A stretch of DNA of 35,007 bases, taken from positions 1 through 35,007 of IMG/VR virus record IMGVR_UViG_3300032227_000639; one strand, written 5' to 3'. Shown piece after piece: positions 34,094 through 35,007 of the stretch (position 1 is the first letter of the stretch; the number at the start of each line of letters is the position of its first letter). The notes under the pieces are model-generated. The model saw nothing but the letters and a program-made list of their open reading frames with translations. It was not told the origin of the DNA and searched no databases. This DNA is from a virus. Taxonomy: Duplodnaviria; Caudoviricetes. The translations under genes and the position numbers were made by a program.

Positions 34094-35007
34094 TTACATT
34101 CCCATAGTCATGTCCATCATAGGATCTGACTTGTCGTTCTTTTCTTTCTTTTCGAATACAACAGACTCAGTTGTCAAAATAGTTCCGGCTACTGATGTTG
34201 CATTCTTAAGTGCGGTAATAACAACTTTAGCTGGATCAATAATACCTGATTCAAACGCATCTACCATTTTATGATTCTTTGCATCATAAACTTGTCCAAT
34301 GCTAGGAATATTCTCAAACCAATTCTCAATACCTGCATTAGATAAGATCTTTTTAAATGGTGCTTGTAAAGCGTTACGAACAATATCTCTAGCAATTGCT
34401 ACATTGCTATTGCTTTCTGATCTATGATTAAGTGCTACTCTATAAAGTGTTGCACCACCACCAGGTACGATACCATCAGCAAGAGCGGCTTTAGTTGCAA
34501 ACAATGCATCTTCTACACGATCTTTCTTTTCTCTAATCTCAATATCACTATTACCACCTACAGAAATAATTGCAACACCACCAATCAACTTACCAAGTCT
34601 TTCTTGCAACTTTTCTTTCTCATAAAATGATGTAGCTTTTTCAATCTGCTCTTTTATTTCTTCTGCTCTAACTTCAATTGCTCTCTCATTACCTTTACCA
34701 TCAATGATAGTAGTCTCTTCTTTAGATACAGTTACAAGTCTTGTTGTACCAAGATATTGAGCAAGTTGTTGTGTAGACAATTTATCAAGCTTCAGACCTT
34801 TATCTTTAGAAATAACTTGTCCACCTGTTAAGATAGCAATATCTTCTAAGATCAATGTTTTACGCTCACCAAAATCTGGCGCTTTAACTGCACAAACCTG
34901 TACAATACCACGCATTTTATTTACAATCAATGTAGCAAGAGCTTCATCACCAATATCTTCAGCAATAATCAACAAAGGTCTATTTTCTGAATTTGCTTTA
35001 GTCAATA
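34094..35007 (-). CDS. groEL: chaperonin GroEL, C-terminal part (5' end outside window)
   Basis: LLIIAED, AVKAPDFG, EKLQERL, DRVEDAL, GIVPGGG, GIIDPAKV, Met-rich tail. Confidence 0.97.
   Translation of the reverse strand, partial: LTKANSENRPLLIIAEDIGDEALATLIVNKMRGIVQVCAVKAPDFGERKTLILEDIAILTGGQVISKDKGLKLDKLSTQQLAQYLGTTRLVTVSKEETTIIDGKGNERAIEVRAEEIKEQIEKATSFYEKEKLQERLGKLIGGVAIISVGGNSDIEIREKKDRVEDALFATKAALADGIVPGGGATLYRVALNHRSESNSNVAIARDIVRNALQAPFKKILSNAGIENWFENIPSIGQVYDAKNHKMVDAFESGIIDPAKVVITALKNATSVAGTILTTESVVFEKKEKNDKSDPMMDMTMGM

Noticed and set aside
1017-34630. Plus-strand track ORFs (1017, 12000, 27958, 28560, 30898, 31259, 32561, 33999, 34424) and nested minus ORFs at 20151 and 27921
   Set aside because: They lie antisense to, or out of frame within, better-supported genes and show no motifs
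1-35007. Stop-codon reassignment
   Set aside because: Code 11 gives full-length, densely packed genes; TAG (1288) and TGA (25733) end genes at the expected places; no suppressor tRNA seen

Overview
AT-rich segment of what is most likely a large lytic phage infecting a Bacteroidota host. Phage evidence: dense, almost entirely minus-strand genes, GroEL, GH19 endolysin, free-standing endonucleases and a tmRNA/tRNA region. Host evidence: a T9SS C-terminal signal, Gln after signal peptides and a TAnnTTTG-type promoter. In transcription order (right to left) it holds: groEL (partial); a candidate DNA-hypermodification block (SGNH-like protein, aGPT-pyrophosphorylase-like transferase, PLP enzyme, DUF6378-like protein, dUTPase, dCMP deaminase and a thymidylate-synthase-fold protein that looks like T4 gp42 rather than ThyA); an exported nuclease, thioredoxin, endolysin and holin-like genes; a six-gene exported-protein operon (T9SS cohesin/dockerin-like protein, CsgG-like protein, beta-barrel-like protein, C-type lectin with dockerin-like tail); an RNA-gene region (tmRNA, an unassigned ~310-nt structured RNA, a broken tRNA, a D-armless tRNA(CAT) and a 160-nt oversized tRNA-like RNA); and a >11 kb glycosyltransferase/methyltransferase island. 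All family calls come from motifs read by eye. No database search or folding program was run.
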